DNA of 64,000 nt from an uncultured Dehalococcoidia bacterium (GTDB lineage Bacteria > Chloroflexota > Dehalococcoidia > Lucifugimonadales > GCA-2712585): positions 2,916 to 66,915 of the forward strand of contig CAZPLA010000007.1 of the NCBI GenBank assembly GCA_964587385.1, written 5' to 3'. The notes under the pieces are model-generated. The model was not told the origin of the DNA, made no database searches, and worked only from the letters and a program-made list of their open reading frames with translations. Shown piece after piece: positions 18,946-29,158 of the stretch. Within the stretch, counting starts at the first letter, position 1, and every line of letters starts with the position of its first letter. The position numbers and the translations under genes were made by a program.

Positions 18946-19606
18946 TGAGAATCGGGGAAGTATTAATGATTATGCACGCTCCGAACTCAAAATTGTTGTC
19001 GTGGATTATCAATCCGGAAACCTGCGTAGCGTAGCTAAGGCCTTGGAAATAGCTGGGGTGACGCCTGTTGTTTCGGATGCCCCCCATGTAATATCCTCTG
19101 CAGATGCAGTTGTGTTGCCTGGAGTAGGTTCTGGTAAGGCAGCCATGGATGCCCTAAGTGCAAGGGAATTGATAGATCCATTACGCGACTTTGTAGATTC
19201 AGGAAGGCCATTCTTAGGAATTTGTCTTGGATTACAGTTGCTCATGGATAAGACCGAAGAAGGGGATACGGCCTGTCTGGGAGTTGTCTCAGGAGAGGTT
19301 AAGCAATTTCCACCTGTCTTAAAGGTGCCGCATATTGGATGGAACCTAGTGTCGTTTAAAGAGGAACATCCTGTTTTGAAGGACATTCCTAGTAATTCCC
19401 ATTTTTATTTCGTCCACAGTTATTATGCGGTTCCCACTAATTGGCAAAATGCCTTGGGGCTAACTTCTTATGGGTTTGAATTTTGTAGTGTGATAGGGAG
19501 TAATAATCTTATCGCCACTCAATTTCATCCGGAAAAGAGTGGCCCGGTGGGATTAAAAATATACCGGAATTTTGTTGATTATTCTGCGAAAACAGCAAAC
19601 GGATAA
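18935..19606 (+). CDS. hisH: Imidazole glycerol phosphate synthase, glutamine amidotransferase subunit
   Basis: VVDYQSGNLRSV, GICLGLQLL (catalytic Cys) and HVGWN-like PHIGWN...FYFVHSY. An 11-nt overlap with the upstream gene. Confidence 0.9.
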   Translation: MQFNENRGSINDYARSELKIVVVDYQSGNLRSVAKALEIAGVTPVVSDAPHVISSADAVVLPGVGSGKAAMDALSARELIDPLRDFVDSGRPFLGICLGLQLLMDKTEEGDTACLGVVSGEVKQFPPVLKVPHIGWNLVSFKEEHPVLKDIPSNSHFYFVHSYYAVPTNWQNALGLTSYGFEFCSVIGSNNLIATQFHPEKSGPVGLKIYRNFVDYSAKTANG

Positions 19607-19614
19607 TTTTAAGA

Positions 19615-20343
19615 ATGGAAATCATACCTGCTATAGATATTAAACAGGGCCGTTGCGTAAGGCTGGTCCAAGGCGACTTTGGCCAGGAGACTGTCTTTTC
19701 TAATGATCCGGTGGAAATGGCTCTGCAATGGCAATCTTCTGGCGCTTCTAGAGTTCATGTTGTAGATCTGGATGGCTCGAAAGACGGCTTTCTTGGCAAT
19801 CTGGCATTAGTTGAAAGGATTGGATCCACATTGTCTATACCTGTTCAAACTGGTGGGGGCATTCGAACTTTTGAATCAGCTAATAACTTTCTTTCAATCG
19901 GAATTGATAGGATTGTACTAGGAACTGCGGCTATAGAAAATATTGAAATGGTAATAAAATTATGTGAGAAATGGGGAACCGAGCGTATCGTCGTCGCAGT
20001 AGATGCGGATGGAGACAATGTTGCGATTAGGGGTTGGCTAACAAAAACATCTACAAAACCAATTGAATTGGTAAAGAAAATGTCTGGGATAGGAATCACT
20101 CGATTTCTTTATACTGATATCAATAGAGATGGCACATTAGCATCTCCTAACTTCTGTGGATTGGAATCTATGGTTCGAACTAGTGGACAAAGAATTCTAG
20201 CCTCTGGAGGGGTTTCCTCACTTGAAGATATCAGGAGGCTGATTCTTACTGGAGTAGAGGGAGTCATAGTTGGAAGTGCCTTATATAAGGGCCTTTTAAA
20301 AATGGAGGAAGCTTTAATTGTTGCAAAAGGGGAGACGTTCTAA
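19615..20343 (+). CDS. hisA: ProFAR isomerase
   Basis: [22 protein letters not shown] and a (beta/alpha)8 HisA pattern. Confidence 0.9.
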   Translation: MEIIPAIDIKQGRCVRLVQGDFGQETVFSNDPVEMALQWQSSGASRVHVVDLDGSKDGFLGNLALVERIGSTLSIPVQTGGGIRTFESANNFLSIGIDRIVLGTAAIENIEMVIKLCEKWGTERIVVAVDADGDNVAIRGWLTKTSTKPIELVKKMSGIGITRFLYTDINRDGTLASPNFCGLESMVRTSGQRILASGGVSSLEDIRRLILTGVEGVIVGSALYKGLLKMEEALIVAKGETF

Positions 20344-20348
20344 ATATC

Positions 20349-21137
20349 ATGCTAACCAAAAGGATAATTCCTTGCCTGGATATTAAAGATGGAAGAGTGG
20401 TAAAAGGGGTTCAATTTAAAGATCATCGTGACGCCGGAGATCCTGCCGAAATGGCATCTTATTACGATTTAGAAGGCGCGGATGAAATTGTTTTCTATGA
20501 TATTACAGCGTCTGCTGAGGACAGAAATATCATGCTTGATTTGGTCTCCATTGTGGCAGAACGGGTATTTATTCCATTAACCGTGGGTGGTGGCCTTAGA
20601 ACGGTTCAAGATATAAGACATATGCTTAAAGCCGGAGCTGACAAAATTTCATTAAATACGGCCGCTGTAGAAAACCCCGAAATTATTCAGGAAAGCTCAT
20701 TCCAGTTTGGTTCTCAGTGTATTGTTTTGGGATTAGATGCTAAACGTGTTTCAGGTTCATCATCATTGCAATGGGATGTTCGTATAAGGACAGGGCACAG
20801 CGGGGGAATTTCTACCGGAATTGATGCAATTGACTGGGCAGTTAAGGCGGCTAGTTATGGAGCAGGTGAGATAGTAGTTAATAGTATTGATGCGGATGGG
20901 ACCCAATCAGGCTATGACTTGGAGTTAATGAGAATTATATCTGAAAATGTTTCTGTACCAGTAATAGCAAGTGGCGGAGCAGGTAGCCTAATGGATATGG
21001 CTGAGGTATTAACTAAAGGGAAAAGTGATGCCGTTTTGGCAGCTAGCATCTTCCACTTCGGCAAATTTTCCATAAGAGATGTGAAGGAATTTCTGATTGG
21101 GGAAGGCATAGCAATCAGGCCGATGGAACTAAAATAA
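20349..21137 (+). CDS. hisF: Imidazole glycerol phosphate synthase, cyclase subunit
   Basis: [22 protein letters not shown] and [15 protein letters not shown]. Confidence 0.95.
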   Translation: MLTKRIIPCLDIKDGRVVKGVQFKDHRDAGDPAEMASYYDLEGADEIVFYDITASAEDRNIMLDLVSIVAERVFIPLTVGGGLRTVQDIRHMLKAGADKISLNTAAVENPEIIQESSFQFGSQCIVLGLDAKRVSGSSSLQWDVRIRTGHSGGISTGIDAIDWAVKAASYGAGEIVVNSIDADGTQSGYDLELMRIISENVSVPVIASGGAGSLMDMAEVLTKGKSDAVLAASIFHFGKFSIRDVKEFLIGEGIAIRPMELK

Positions 21138-21164
21138 TTTGGGCAATAGGGAGGAATATACAAG

Positions 21165-21881
21165 GTGTTATCAGTTAGGGCAGTGATTTTTGATATGTAC
21201 CAGACGTTGGTTTCAAATCCAGAAGAAGGATGGATCAACCTTTTCAAAGAAATTTGCAGGACACAATTATTTACAGTAGATCCTGTAGTTTTATATAGGG
21301 AATGGAAAAAATTAGAAGTACAATTTAGGCTCACCCGTCAAAACTTTGAAGAACCTGAGAAAAGTCCCCCATTCAAAAGTTATGAGCATGCATGGAGAGA
21401 TTGTTTTGTGCAGGTTTTTGATAACATGGGATTAGAAGGTGACGCATCAGCTGCTGCTAAGTCCGCTGTGAAATCCATGGCTCTCCGGGATGCGTTTGAT
21501 GATGTTCCGCTGGCGCTTGCCGCTATACAGGAGCAATATTCTACAGCTGTTTTATCAAATGCAGATGACGATTTTTTGTTACCACTCCTAGACCATACAG
21601 GTATGCAATTTCGTGCAGTGTTATCATCAGAGATGGTAAGGGCATATAAGCCGGACCCTGCCCCGTTTATGCGGATTATGGAAATTCTGGATATTAAACC
21701 AGGTGAAGCAGTTTATGTAGGAGACAATCAGTTTGATGATGTGAAAGGGGCCAAAAGCGTTGGAATGTTTACTGTTTTGTTAAATCGAAATGGGAACACT
21801 TTAGATGATAATATTACAAAACCAGATTATGAATTAACTAGCTTTGATGATTTACTGGCAATCCTTAAGAGGTGCAGATAA
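21165..21881 (+). CDS. HAD-superfamily hydrolase with a haloacid-dehalogenase-like motif I (DxYxT)
   Basis: Motif I is VIFDMYQTL, where Tyr replaces the second Asp of phosphatases. Motif II is VLSNA, motif III is YKPD and motif IV is YVGDNQFDD. Confidence 0.8.
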   Translation: MLSVRAVIFDMYQTLVSNPEEGWINLFKEICRTQLFTVDPVVLYREWKKLEVQFRLTRQNFEEPEKSPPFKSYEHAWRDCFVQVFDNMGLEGDASAAAKSAVKSMALRDAFDDVPLALAAIQEQYSTAVLSNADDDFLLPLLDHTGMQFRAVLSSEMVRAYKPDPAPFMRIMEILDIKPGEAVYVGDNQFDDVKGAKSVGMFTVLLNRNGNTLDDNITKPDYELTSFDDLLAILKRCR

Positions 21882-22507
21882 TGGAACTTAAATTAGATAA
21901 ACAAGGTTTAATACCGGCAATTGCCCAGGATGCTAGGACAGGGGAAAATTTAATGCTGGGATATATGAATCCAGGAACAATTAAGAGAACTATTGAAGGG
22001 ATGCAGGTATGGTTTTATAGTCGAAGTAGGGAGGACCTATGGCATAAAGGTGAAGTTTCGGGTAATTATCTTAACGTACAAGATACATGGATAGATTGTG
22101 ATCACGATACAATCCTTCTACGAGTGATCCCTGATGGTCCGGCTTGCCATACTGGTAACACGAGCTGTTTTTTTACCCCACTAGCTGTTGCGCCTGTGAC
22201 CAAGGATTTTATAAAAGCTGAACCTGGCGCCCAAATTCTTGAGGAGATATTTGCCGTCATTCAAGATCGCAAGGCTAATTTACCTGATGGAAGTTATACG
22301 GCAGAGCTTCTAAAAGAGGGTGTTGGGCGGGTAGCTCAGAAGGTAACGGAAGAGGCCGGCGAAGTGGCGATCGCTGCGGCGCAGGGTTCTATAGAGGAAT
22401 TACCGTCAGAGCTAGCGGACCTTTTCTATCACGCCTTGGTGCTTATGTCCTCTACTGGATTGAAGCCACAACAGGTTTGGGATGAATTAAAAGCCCGCCA
22501 AAGATGA
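21881..22507 (+). CDS. hisIE: Bifunctional phosphoribosyl-AMP cyclohydrolase / phosphoribosyl-ATP pyrophosphatase
   Basis: GLIPAIAQD...CHTGNTSCFF (HisI) plus a C-terminal HisE helix bundle. The ATG at 21881 follows the SD AGAGGTG and overlaps the HAD stop (TAATG). The ORF track starts at a GTG at 21872. Confidence 0.9.
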   Translation: MELKLDKQGLIPAIAQDARTGENLMLGYMNPGTIKRTIEGMQVWFYSRSREDLWHKGEVSGNYLNVQDTWIDCDHDTILLRVIPDGPACHTGNTSCFFTPLAVAPVTKDFIKAEPGAQILEEIFAVIQDRKANLPDGSYTAELLKEGVGRVAQKVTEEAGEVAIAAAQGSIEELPSELADLFYHALVLMSSTGLKPQQVWDELKARQR

Positions 22508-22519
22508 GGAGATAGACTT

Positions 22520-23452
22520 CTACGAATCATCAGAATTTAAGGGTAATTGATTGTCTGCAGCCAGTGCTACTTCCATGGCGTGAATGGCAACTTCTATTTG
22601 ATCGTCGTCTGGGCGTTTAGTGGTTAGCTTTTGAAGTAACAATCCAGGAGCCGAAAGTATCGGAGTTAGTGGGCTTTTGGGATGTGCACCATTGAATCGG
22701 ATGAATTCATAGCTAATGCTTGCGATTACTGGTATGAGCAGGACACGTGATAGGATTGCCCACTGTAAATCAGGTCTACCGAGCATTGCAAAAATTATTA
22801 TGGATATCATAGCTACTGTCAAAAGAAATGCAGTTCCGCATCGTGGATGTGCTGTAGGGAAAGGACGAATATGGTCTACATCCAAAGGGAGATTGTTTTC
22901 ATATGCGTGAATTGTCATGTGTTCAGCACCATGGTACTCAAACACTCTTTTAATATCCTTCATCATACCTATGAGACTTATGTAACCTACCAGCATTATC
23001 AATCGGATCAGACCTTCAATTAGGTTGCTTAAAATATCACCTGTAGTAGTTGATGTAACCCATCCATCTATAATGGAGTCCATAGATCGTGCGGCAAACA
23101 GTGGCAGCAGGAAGAATACGCCAATTCCAATTAATATAGATATGCCCACTGACATCCACATCATCCACCCCGGGGGCTCTTCATTTTCGTTTGGATCAGC
23201 ACTTTCAAGAGCAATACGTGCTGATTTTGTTAGAACTTTAAATCCTAAAATAAGGGTTTCAAGTAGAATTAGTATCCCACGCATGAAAATCATTCGTCTA
23301 AGTGGGCCAGTGTAAATTTGGCCTAGAGCTTCGGCACTGCGATAAATTGACCCATCTTGTTTTCTGACAGCTAAGCTGAAAAACCGCTGACCTCTGATCA
23401 TCACTCCTTCGATGACTGCTTGTCCGCCATAGAAAAAAGGTTGTTTTGACAA
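22520..23452 (-). CDS. DUF1385-family membrane protein
   Basis: FYGGQAVIEGVMIRG at the N-terminus and YHGAEHM. This family is typically a neighbour of rpmE. Confidence 0.85.
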   Translation of the reverse strand: MSKQPFFYGGQAVIEGVMIRGQRFFSLAVRKQDGSIYRSAEALGQIYTGPLRRMIFMRGILILLETLILGFKVLTKSARIALESADPNENEEPPGWMMWMSVGISILIGIGVFFLLPLFAARSMDSIIDGWVTSTTTGDILSNLIEGLIRLIMLVGYISLIGMMKDIKRVFEYHGAEHMTIHAYENNLPLDVDHIRPFPTAHPRCGTAFLLTVAMISIIIFAMLGRPDLQWAILSRVLLIPVIASISYEFIRFNGAHPKSPLTPILSAPGLLLQKLTTKRPDDDQIEVAIHAMEVALAADNQLPLNSDDS

Positions 23453-23579
23453 TCTGTTAGGCCCTTTGCATAGACTTTTAAATTAGAAAATCGCTTTATT
23501 AACTATCACGTTTTTAGCTAGATGAAGAAGGAAACTTTGGCACATGTAGGGATAAAAAATAACATTGATACGGCAAACC

Positions 23580-23786
23580 TTATGTTTTGATGCCGAATCT
23601 CCGTCGCAGTCGCTCAACTCGTCCTTCGGTATCAACTATTCGTTGTTCACCCGTGTAGAATGGATGACATTTACCACACAATTCTACTCGCAATTCCTGT
23701 TTTGTTGACCCTGTGATAAATATATTTCCACAGGAACAAATAACTTTTGCATCAGTGTAGAATTTTGGGTGAATTTCACTTTTCAT
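23580..23786 (-). CDS. rpmE: 50S ribosomal protein L31 (Cys-containing type A)
   Basis: [10 protein letters not shown]...CSCG...[10 protein letters not shown]. Confidence 0.95.
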   Translation of the reverse strand: MKSEIHPKFYTDAKVICSCGNIFITGSTKQELRVELCGKCHPFYTGEQRIVDTEGRVERLRRRFGIKT

Positions 23787-24052
23787 TATTGTGCCGACTC
23801 TATTGGGTATACGCTAGCCCTTCTCTTTCCTTTGGATGCCCATTCATATTGGACTTTACCATCAATGAGAGAAAAAAGAGTATGGTCCCTGCCTAGTCCT
23901 ACATTTCTACCAGGCATTATTTTTGTGCCTCTCTGTCGCATAATTATATTCCCGGCTATGACTTGCTCGCCACCGAACTTCTTGACTCCCAGTCGTTGGC
24001 CAGGACTATTTCGACCATTTCGCGAACTACCACCGGCTTTTTTATGCGCCAT
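23786..24052 (-). CDS. rpmA: 50S ribosomal protein L27
   Basis: [24 protein letters not shown]. Confidence 0.95.
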   Translation of the reverse strand: MAHKKAGGSSRNGRNSPGQRLGVKKFGGEQVIAGNIIMRQRGTKIMPGRNVGLGRDHTLFSLIDGKVQYEWASKGKRRASVYPIESAQ

Positions 24053-24381
24053 TAGCTCCCCTCGCCATCTTGTACTATATCAACTATTTGTAAGCGTGTG
24101 TAATGTTGTCTATGTCCGCGAGTACGACGATATCGCACCTTGGGTTTATATTTGAAAACCCTAATTTTCTTGTCTCTAGCCTGAGCATGAACTTGAGCTA
24201 TTACTTTGGCTCCAGATACAAAAGGGCTCCCGTAGACAAATTCTCCGCCTTTAGATACTGCTAATACCGAGTCTAGCTCTATTTCGGAGCCTGGTTCGAC
24301 TGACAATTTCTCGACGTCGATGACATCTCCCTCTGCTACGCGGTATTGTTTTCCGCCGGTTTTAACTATTGCATATTCCAT
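24052..24381 (-). CDS. rplU: 50S ribosomal protein L21
   Basis: [15 protein letters not shown]...[17 protein letters not shown]. Confidence 0.95.
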   Translation of the reverse strand: MEYAIVKTGGKQYRVAEGDVIDVEKLSVEPGSEIELDSVLAVSKGGEFVYGSPFVSGAKVIAQVHAQARDKKIRVFKYKPKVRYRRTRGHRQHYTRLQIVDIVQDGEGS

Positions 24382-24467
24382 AGCCGATCCAGTTTACGGT
24401 TACTAGGCGTGACCTGTCAATAACTTTTGTCGGGGTAATAGATTCGACGTGTTGTGTTTATGGAGAA

Positions 24468-24494
24468 ATTATACCAGCTAGACTTGCTTTGCAA
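24468..24494 (-). promoter_or_regulatory. Candidate promoter of rplU-rpmA-rpmE
   Basis: The minus strand reads cTTGCAa-(15-16 nt)-TGgTATAAT. The -10 box is at 24468-24473 and the TG at 24475-24476, about 85 nt upstream of the rplU ATG. Confidence 0.45.
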
Positions 24495-24519
24495 GAAGTA
24501 ACAGGTTTAATAAAAAGTG

Positions 24520-25569
24520 CTATAGGTTTTCAGAGGTTGGCGATGTTGGAGCGTCTATGATATCCGGATTCTGATCAGCATTTCTGTTAGCTGTAAAAAA
24601 TGTGTAACCTACAAATGCGACTGCTCCTATTATAATCACACTTAGGTAACTAATTGCTCTATCCAGAATGATTATTAATCCGGCGTCACCTTTTGATACA
24701 GATTGTGAGAGCAACTCAGCAATTCCGAGCTCAGCGAATCCCAGGCCGGCAAGGGGTAAAATAGTCAAGAAAGCATTTGACAATGCAGCAAATGTGATGA
24801 GGCCTAGGTTTAGAGAGAATCCCATTGCACTGGATACGAAATAGAGTCTCGATATTTCTGATAGCCAAGCTAACGTTCCGAAGAGAATAACTAGATGCAT
24901 TCTTGTTAAAGATCCTAGTGTGCCTCTATAGAAATTGATGAAAACACTTTGTAATAACTTTGGAACAAAAGATAATAGCTTTGTTTTTAAAATCCATATT
25001 GCTATCAAAAAGAGTCCCAATGTGGATGAAATTAGTATAGTTAGAGTCAGGAAGTAATTAGGCGCGTTGATTCCTTCCGCAACCATTAATATTAATGCTA
25101 AGACTAATAATATTACCATCACTGAAATATCAACTATTCTTTCAGCTATTAATGTTCCTAAGGTTTGAATTAAACCGCGACCCGTTTTCTTTGCAATTAA
25201 TATTCCTCTATATGGATCTCCTATATGGAAAGCTGTTATTCCGTTAATAAACGCACTTATAAGTATTAGACTAGAGCAGTGTAAAATTCCTGGAGACCTT
25301 CGGCCGGATTGCTCTACGTTATCTAAAAGGATATGCCATCTTACTCCGCGGAAAAAATATGTTGTGTAGTGTAAAACAAAAGCCATAGACAGATGGAGTG
25401 GATTGCTTTCTTTTAGGCTACTCCATATATATGCAGGTTCAATATCAAATCGTACGACCACAAAGTATAGAAAAGCGACTGCTACGGATAGAAAAAAAAG
25501 GTATGATGGGGACATAATAGATGACCCTAAGGATTGTTTTCTACTAAGTAGTTTTCCAAGAACGAACAT
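24520..25569 (-). CDS. Flippase-like / lysylphosphatidylglycerol-synthase TM-region (UPF0104) family membrane protein
   Basis: 349-aa polytopic protein with the FFRGVRWHILL motif typical of UPF0104. Confidence 0.65.
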   Translation of the reverse strand: MFVLGKLLSRKQSLGSSIMSPSYLFFLSVAVAFLYFVVVRFDIEPAYIWSSLKESNPLHLSMAFVLHYTTYFFRGVRWHILLDNVEQSGRRSPGILHCSSLILISAFINGITAFHIGDPYRGILIAKKTGRGLIQTLGTLIAERIVDISVMVILLVLALILMVAEGINAPNYFLTLTILISSTLGLFLIAIWILKTKLLSFVPKLLQSVFINFYRGTLGSLTRMHLVILFGTLAWLSEISRLYFVSSAMGFSLNLGLITFAALSNAFLTILPLAGLGFAELGIAELLSQSVSKGDAGLIIILDRAISYLSVIIIGAVAFVGYTFFTANRNADQNPDIIDAPTSPTSENL

Positions 25570-25666
25570 ATTGGATTACCTGCAATATTCTAAGATCTAC
25601 GCTTCTGGACCAAAGATTATATCAGGTCATCATAATAATATAATTGAACCTTTAGATTAGTATTCC

Positions 25667-25696
25667 TTGAACCCATTACTGACTAACCTGTATAAT
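25667..25696 (+). promoter_or_regulatory. Candidate promoter of the lpdA-pdhABC operon
   Basis: TTGAAC (25667-25672), an 18-nt spacer ending in TG, then TATAAT (25691-25696), about 60 nt before the lpdA start. Confidence 0.5.
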
Positions 25697-25758
25697 GTCC
25701 GCTGCTTAGCTTATGAAATTCTATAGCAAATTGAGTTATTTAGAGAGGCAGGCATCGA

Positions 25759-27150
25759 TTGGACTCACCCACAGAATATGATATTGCTGTGATTGGTTCT
25801 GGGCCGGGCGGTTATGTGGCCGCCATCAGGGCAGCACAGCTTGGTTTGAAAACGGTAATTATTGAAAGAGATGAATTAGGTGGTATATGCCTTAACTGGG
25901 GATGTATACCGAGTAAAGCCCTTCTTAGGAATGCAGAAGTCGTTTCACTTTTCAAAAGAGCGCATGAATTTGGAATTACTTATGAAAACTTGGAGATCGA
26001 TTATTCAAAGGCGATAGATAGAAGTCGAAGTATAGTTCCAAAATTAACGAAAGGCGTTGAATTTTTGTTAAGGAAAAACGGAGTCGTACATATTAAGGGA
26101 GAAGCTAGATTTAAAAACTCTAATACGATTATTGTTACCCCTAATGAAGAAGAAATTGTGGCTAAAAATGTCATTGTTGCTACTGGAGCAAAGCCTCGTA
26201 TGATCCCAGTTTTACCAATAGATGGCGTTCGTGTTATTAGCAGTAGGCAGGCGTTGGAAAATAAAGATTTACCAAAGTCTATTGTCATAGTAGGCGGAGG
26301 GGCTATCGGGGTAGAGTTTGCTTCAATTTACAATGCTTATGATGTTAAGGTCACATTGGTAGAATTACAGGATAGAATAGTTCCACTAGAGGACGAAGAT
26401 ATAAGTCGTCAGCTCGAACGATCTATGTCTCGAAAAGGGATAACGATAGTTACCAGTTCCAAGGTGGAGGGGTTGGTGTATGAAGAAGACCACTTGATAG
26501 TAACGAGCGAAGGGTCCGAAGGCAAAGCCGATTTGGAATGCCAACAGGTCTTGGTGGCTGTTGGAGTTCAGGGTAATATAGAGGGATTAAGATTGGAAGA
26601 ACTCGGAGTCAATGTGGAGAAAGGGTTTATTGAAATAGACCAACATATGACTACTTCAGTTCCTAATATTTACGGAATAGGTGACGTTACAGGAAAACTA
26701 CTTTTAGCACATTCTGCTTCGGCTCAGGGCGTATATGCGGTTGAGAGAATTGCTGAACTCGATCCTCAAATTCTTAGCTATTTAGATATGCCTAAAGCGA
26801 CATATTGCGATCCGCAAATAACCAGTTTTGGTTTGACAGAGGCTCAGGCAAGAGACGAAGGTCATGAAGTTAACGTAGGAAAATTCCCCTTTCAAGCGAA
26901 TGGGAAAGCCTTGGCTTTAGCAGAATCGGATGGATTTGTGAAGTTGATAACGGATGCGAGTAATGGAGAAATACTGGGGGCTCACATTATTGGACCAGAG
27001 GTTACTGAATTGCTGGCCGAATTATCAATGACCAGGATGCTTGAAGGGACAGTTGATGAATTGGGATGGATGGTTCATTCGCATCCTACCCTATCTGAGA
27101 CTTTAAAAGAGGCAGCTTTGGATGCCAAGGGCCAAGCTGTTCATATATAG
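25759..27150 (+). CDS. lpdA: Dihydrolipoyl dehydrogenase (E3)
   Basis: IGSGPGGYVAA, the redox disulfide GGICLNWGCIPSK and C-terminal HSHPTLSE. TTG start after AGAGAGG. Confidence 0.92.
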   Translation: MDSPTEYDIAVIGSGPGGYVAAIRAAQLGLKTVIIERDELGGICLNWGCIPSKALLRNAEVVSLFKRAHEFGITYENLEIDYSKAIDRSRSIVPKLTKGVEFLLRKNGVVHIKGEARFKNSNTIIVTPNEEEIVAKNVIVATGAKPRMIPVLPIDGVRVISSRQALENKDLPKSIVIVGGGAIGVEFASIYNAYDVKVTLVELQDRIVPLEDEDISRQLERSMSRKGITIVTSSKVEGLVYEEDHLIVTSEGSEGKADLECQQVLVAVGVQGNIEGLRLEELGVNVEKGFIEIDQHMTTSVPNIYGIGDVTGKLLLAHSASAQGVYAVERIAELDPQILSYLDMPKATYCDPQITSFGLTEAQARDEGHEVNVGKFPFQANGKALALAESDGFVKLITDASNGEILGAHIIGPEVTELLAELSMTRMLEGTVDELGWMVHSHPTLSETLKEAALDAKGQAVHI

Positions 27151-28156
27151 TCTATTGGGAGACAACAAAAACTTGAACCTTAAAGAGAAGATAGCTAAAA
27201 CAGAATTAATAGGCCTATATAGAGACATGTCGCTCATTCGAGAGTTTGAGAATGAAACTTATAGGCAATATATGCAGAAGCAAATTAAGGGATTTCTTCA
27301 TGTTTACAGTGGCGAAGAAGCCATAGCGGTAGGAGTTATGTCTGTTTTGAAAGAACAGGATTATATTACTACCCATTATAGAGATCATGGTCACGCTTTA
27401 GCTAGAGGCTTGGACTCCAAGTTGGTTATGGCTGAACTTTTTGGAAAGACAACCGGGTATAGCAAAGGTAAGGGAGGGTCGATGCATTTGTTTGACTCAT
27501 CCCGAAGATTTATGGGGGGTTATGCTATTGTTGGTGGACAAATGCCTATAGCTACGGGTCTTGGATTAGCGGCCCAGCATGAAAAAAAGAACGCTTTAGT
27601 GGTATGTTTTTTTGGCGACGGTGCTATGCAGGAAGGGGAATTCCACGAGAGCATGAATTTGGCTGCTCTGTGGAAACTTCCAATAGTATTCATTTGTGAA
27701 AATAATTTATATGGCATGGGTGCTGCTATTAATTCAACTTATGCTCTCCATGATGAGCTTTATAAAGCAGGGGATGCTTATAAAATTCCAGGCTATAAAA
27801 TAGATGGAATGGATTTGTTTGAAGTTAGGAACGTAATGCAGGAGATTGATTCTCGTGTTCGCAACGGGGACGGGCCAGTTCTTATTGAGGCTCAAACATA
27901 TCGATTCAGAGGTCATTCTATATCAGATCCTGCGGCTTATAGGCCTAAGGATGAGGTGGAATATTGGCTAGGACGCGATCCCATTGTTCTTTTGCGCAAC
28001 TACCTTATTGAACAAGGATTAGTTACTGAGGAAGAACTACAGGAAGCGGACGAATCAGTCGAGAAAGAAATAACTGAGGCTGTTAGTTTCGCGCAGCAAA
28101 GTCCTTTTCCGGAACCAGAAGCCCTTTTTGATGATGTGTATGCTGATGAGGAGTGA
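27122..28156 (+). CDS. pdhA: 2-oxoacid (pyruvate/acetoin-type) dehydrogenase E1 alpha subunit
   Basis: YRDHGHALARG and the TPP motif GDGAMQEGEFHESMNLAALWKLPIVFICENN. The start is uncertain: the ATG at 27122 overlaps lpdA by 29 nt, and alternative TTGs lie at 27155 and 27173. Confidence 0.85.
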   Translation: MPRAKLFIYSLLGDNKNLNLKEKIAKTELIGLYRDMSLIREFENETYRQYMQKQIKGFLHVYSGEEAIAVGVMSVLKEQDYITTHYRDHGHALARGLDSKLVMAELFGKTTGYSKGKGGSMHLFDSSRRFMGGYAIVGGQMPIATGLGLAAQHEKKNALVVCFFGDGAMQEGEFHESMNLAALWKLPIVFICENNLYGMGAAINSTYALHDELYKAGDAYKIPGYKIDGMDLFEVRNVMQEIDSRVRNGDGPVLIEAQTYRFRGHSISDPAAYRPKDEVEYWLGRDPIVLLRNYLIEQGLVTEEELQEADESVEKEITEAVSFAQQSPFPEPEALFDDVYADEE

Positions 28157-28159
28157 ACA

Positions 28160-29137
28160 ATGACTGAAATTAATTATAGGGACGCTCTCAACCAGGTGTT
28201 GATTGAAACATTGGATGGCGATCCTAGTTCATTTATAATTGGTGAAGATATTGGCCCTTATGGTGGGACTTATGCTGTGACACGAGGCCTTACCGAACGA
28301 TTCGGATCTGAGCGAATCAAGGATTCACCTCTTGCAGAGTCTGCAATAGTCGGTGCAGGAATAGGAGCTGCTATGGGCGGAATGAGACCTATAGTGGAAA
28401 TTATGACTATTAATTTCAGTCTACTAGCTATGGATCAAATTGTTAATCATGCAGCGAAGATTAGATATATGTCTGGGGGCCAAATTACTGTTCCTCTAAT
28501 AATTCGAACAGTAACAGGCGGTGGAGCTCAACTAGCTGCGACTCATTCACAGAGCTTTGAAGGGTGGTATGCTTCTGTTCCTGGGCTGACAGTGGTTACC
28601 CCTGCTACTGCCTATGATGCGATGGGCCTTTTCCGATCGTGCCGTGAATTATCTGATCCGGTGATGTTTGTTGAAAATGCGCTTCTTTATAGTCTAAAGA
28701 GTGATATTCCTGATGATTACTATACTGTGCCGATAGGTCTTGCTGACATTAAACGTTCTGGTGATGATGTAACAATTATCGCTTACTCAAGAATGGTTCA
28801 TGTGGCATTGGAAGCTGCATCAGCTTTAGCTTCTGAGGGAATAAATGCTGAGGTGATTGATCTAAGAACACTACGCCCGTTAGATATTGATACAGTGATT
28901 ACTTCAGTGGAAAAAACACACCGGGCGCTTGTTGTGGAAGAGACTTGGAAGACCGGGGGGTTTGCTGGCGAAATATCAAGTCTCATACATGAACGGGCTT
29001 TTGACTATCTGGATGCACCTGTGCAACGTGTTGCTGGAGAGGAAGTGCCCGCTCCGTATACTAGTGTTTTAGAGGATTTGGCCTTTCCAGATGCCAAGCG
29101 CGTAATTCAAAGCGTTCGTTCATTATTGAGTTCATAG
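28160..29137 (+). CDS. pdhB: 2-oxoacid dehydrogenase E1 beta subunit
   Basis: RIKDSPLAESAIVGAGIGAAMGGMRPIVEIM, typical of E1 beta. Confidence 0.9.
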   Translation: MTEINYRDALNQVLIETLDGDPSSFIIGEDIGPYGGTYAVTRGLTERFGSERIKDSPLAESAIVGAGIGAAMGGMRPIVEIMTINFSLLAMDQIVNHAAKIRYMSGGQITVPLIIRTVTGGGAQLAATHSQSFEGWYASVPGLTVVTPATAYDAMGLFRSCRELSDPVMFVENALLYSLKSDIPDDYYTVPIGLADIKRSGDDVTIIAYSRMVHVALEAASALASEGINAEVIDLRTLRPLDIDTVITSVEKTHRALVVEETWKTGGFAGEISSLIHERAFDYLDAPVQRVAGEEVPAPYTSVLEDLAFPDAKRVIQSVRSLLSS

Positions 29138-29158
29138 TTCCCTTTTAGGAGGAAAATT

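Noticed and set aside
21165-21881. Annotating the HAD gene as histidinol-phosphate phosphatase on context alone
   Set aside because: Motif I is DxY rather than DxD, so phosphatase chemistry is not supported by the sequence. It is reported as a generic HAD hydrolase with a question mark.
23769-24155. 128-aa + strand ORF
   Set aside because: It is antisense to rpmA and rplU, whose products are unmistakable.
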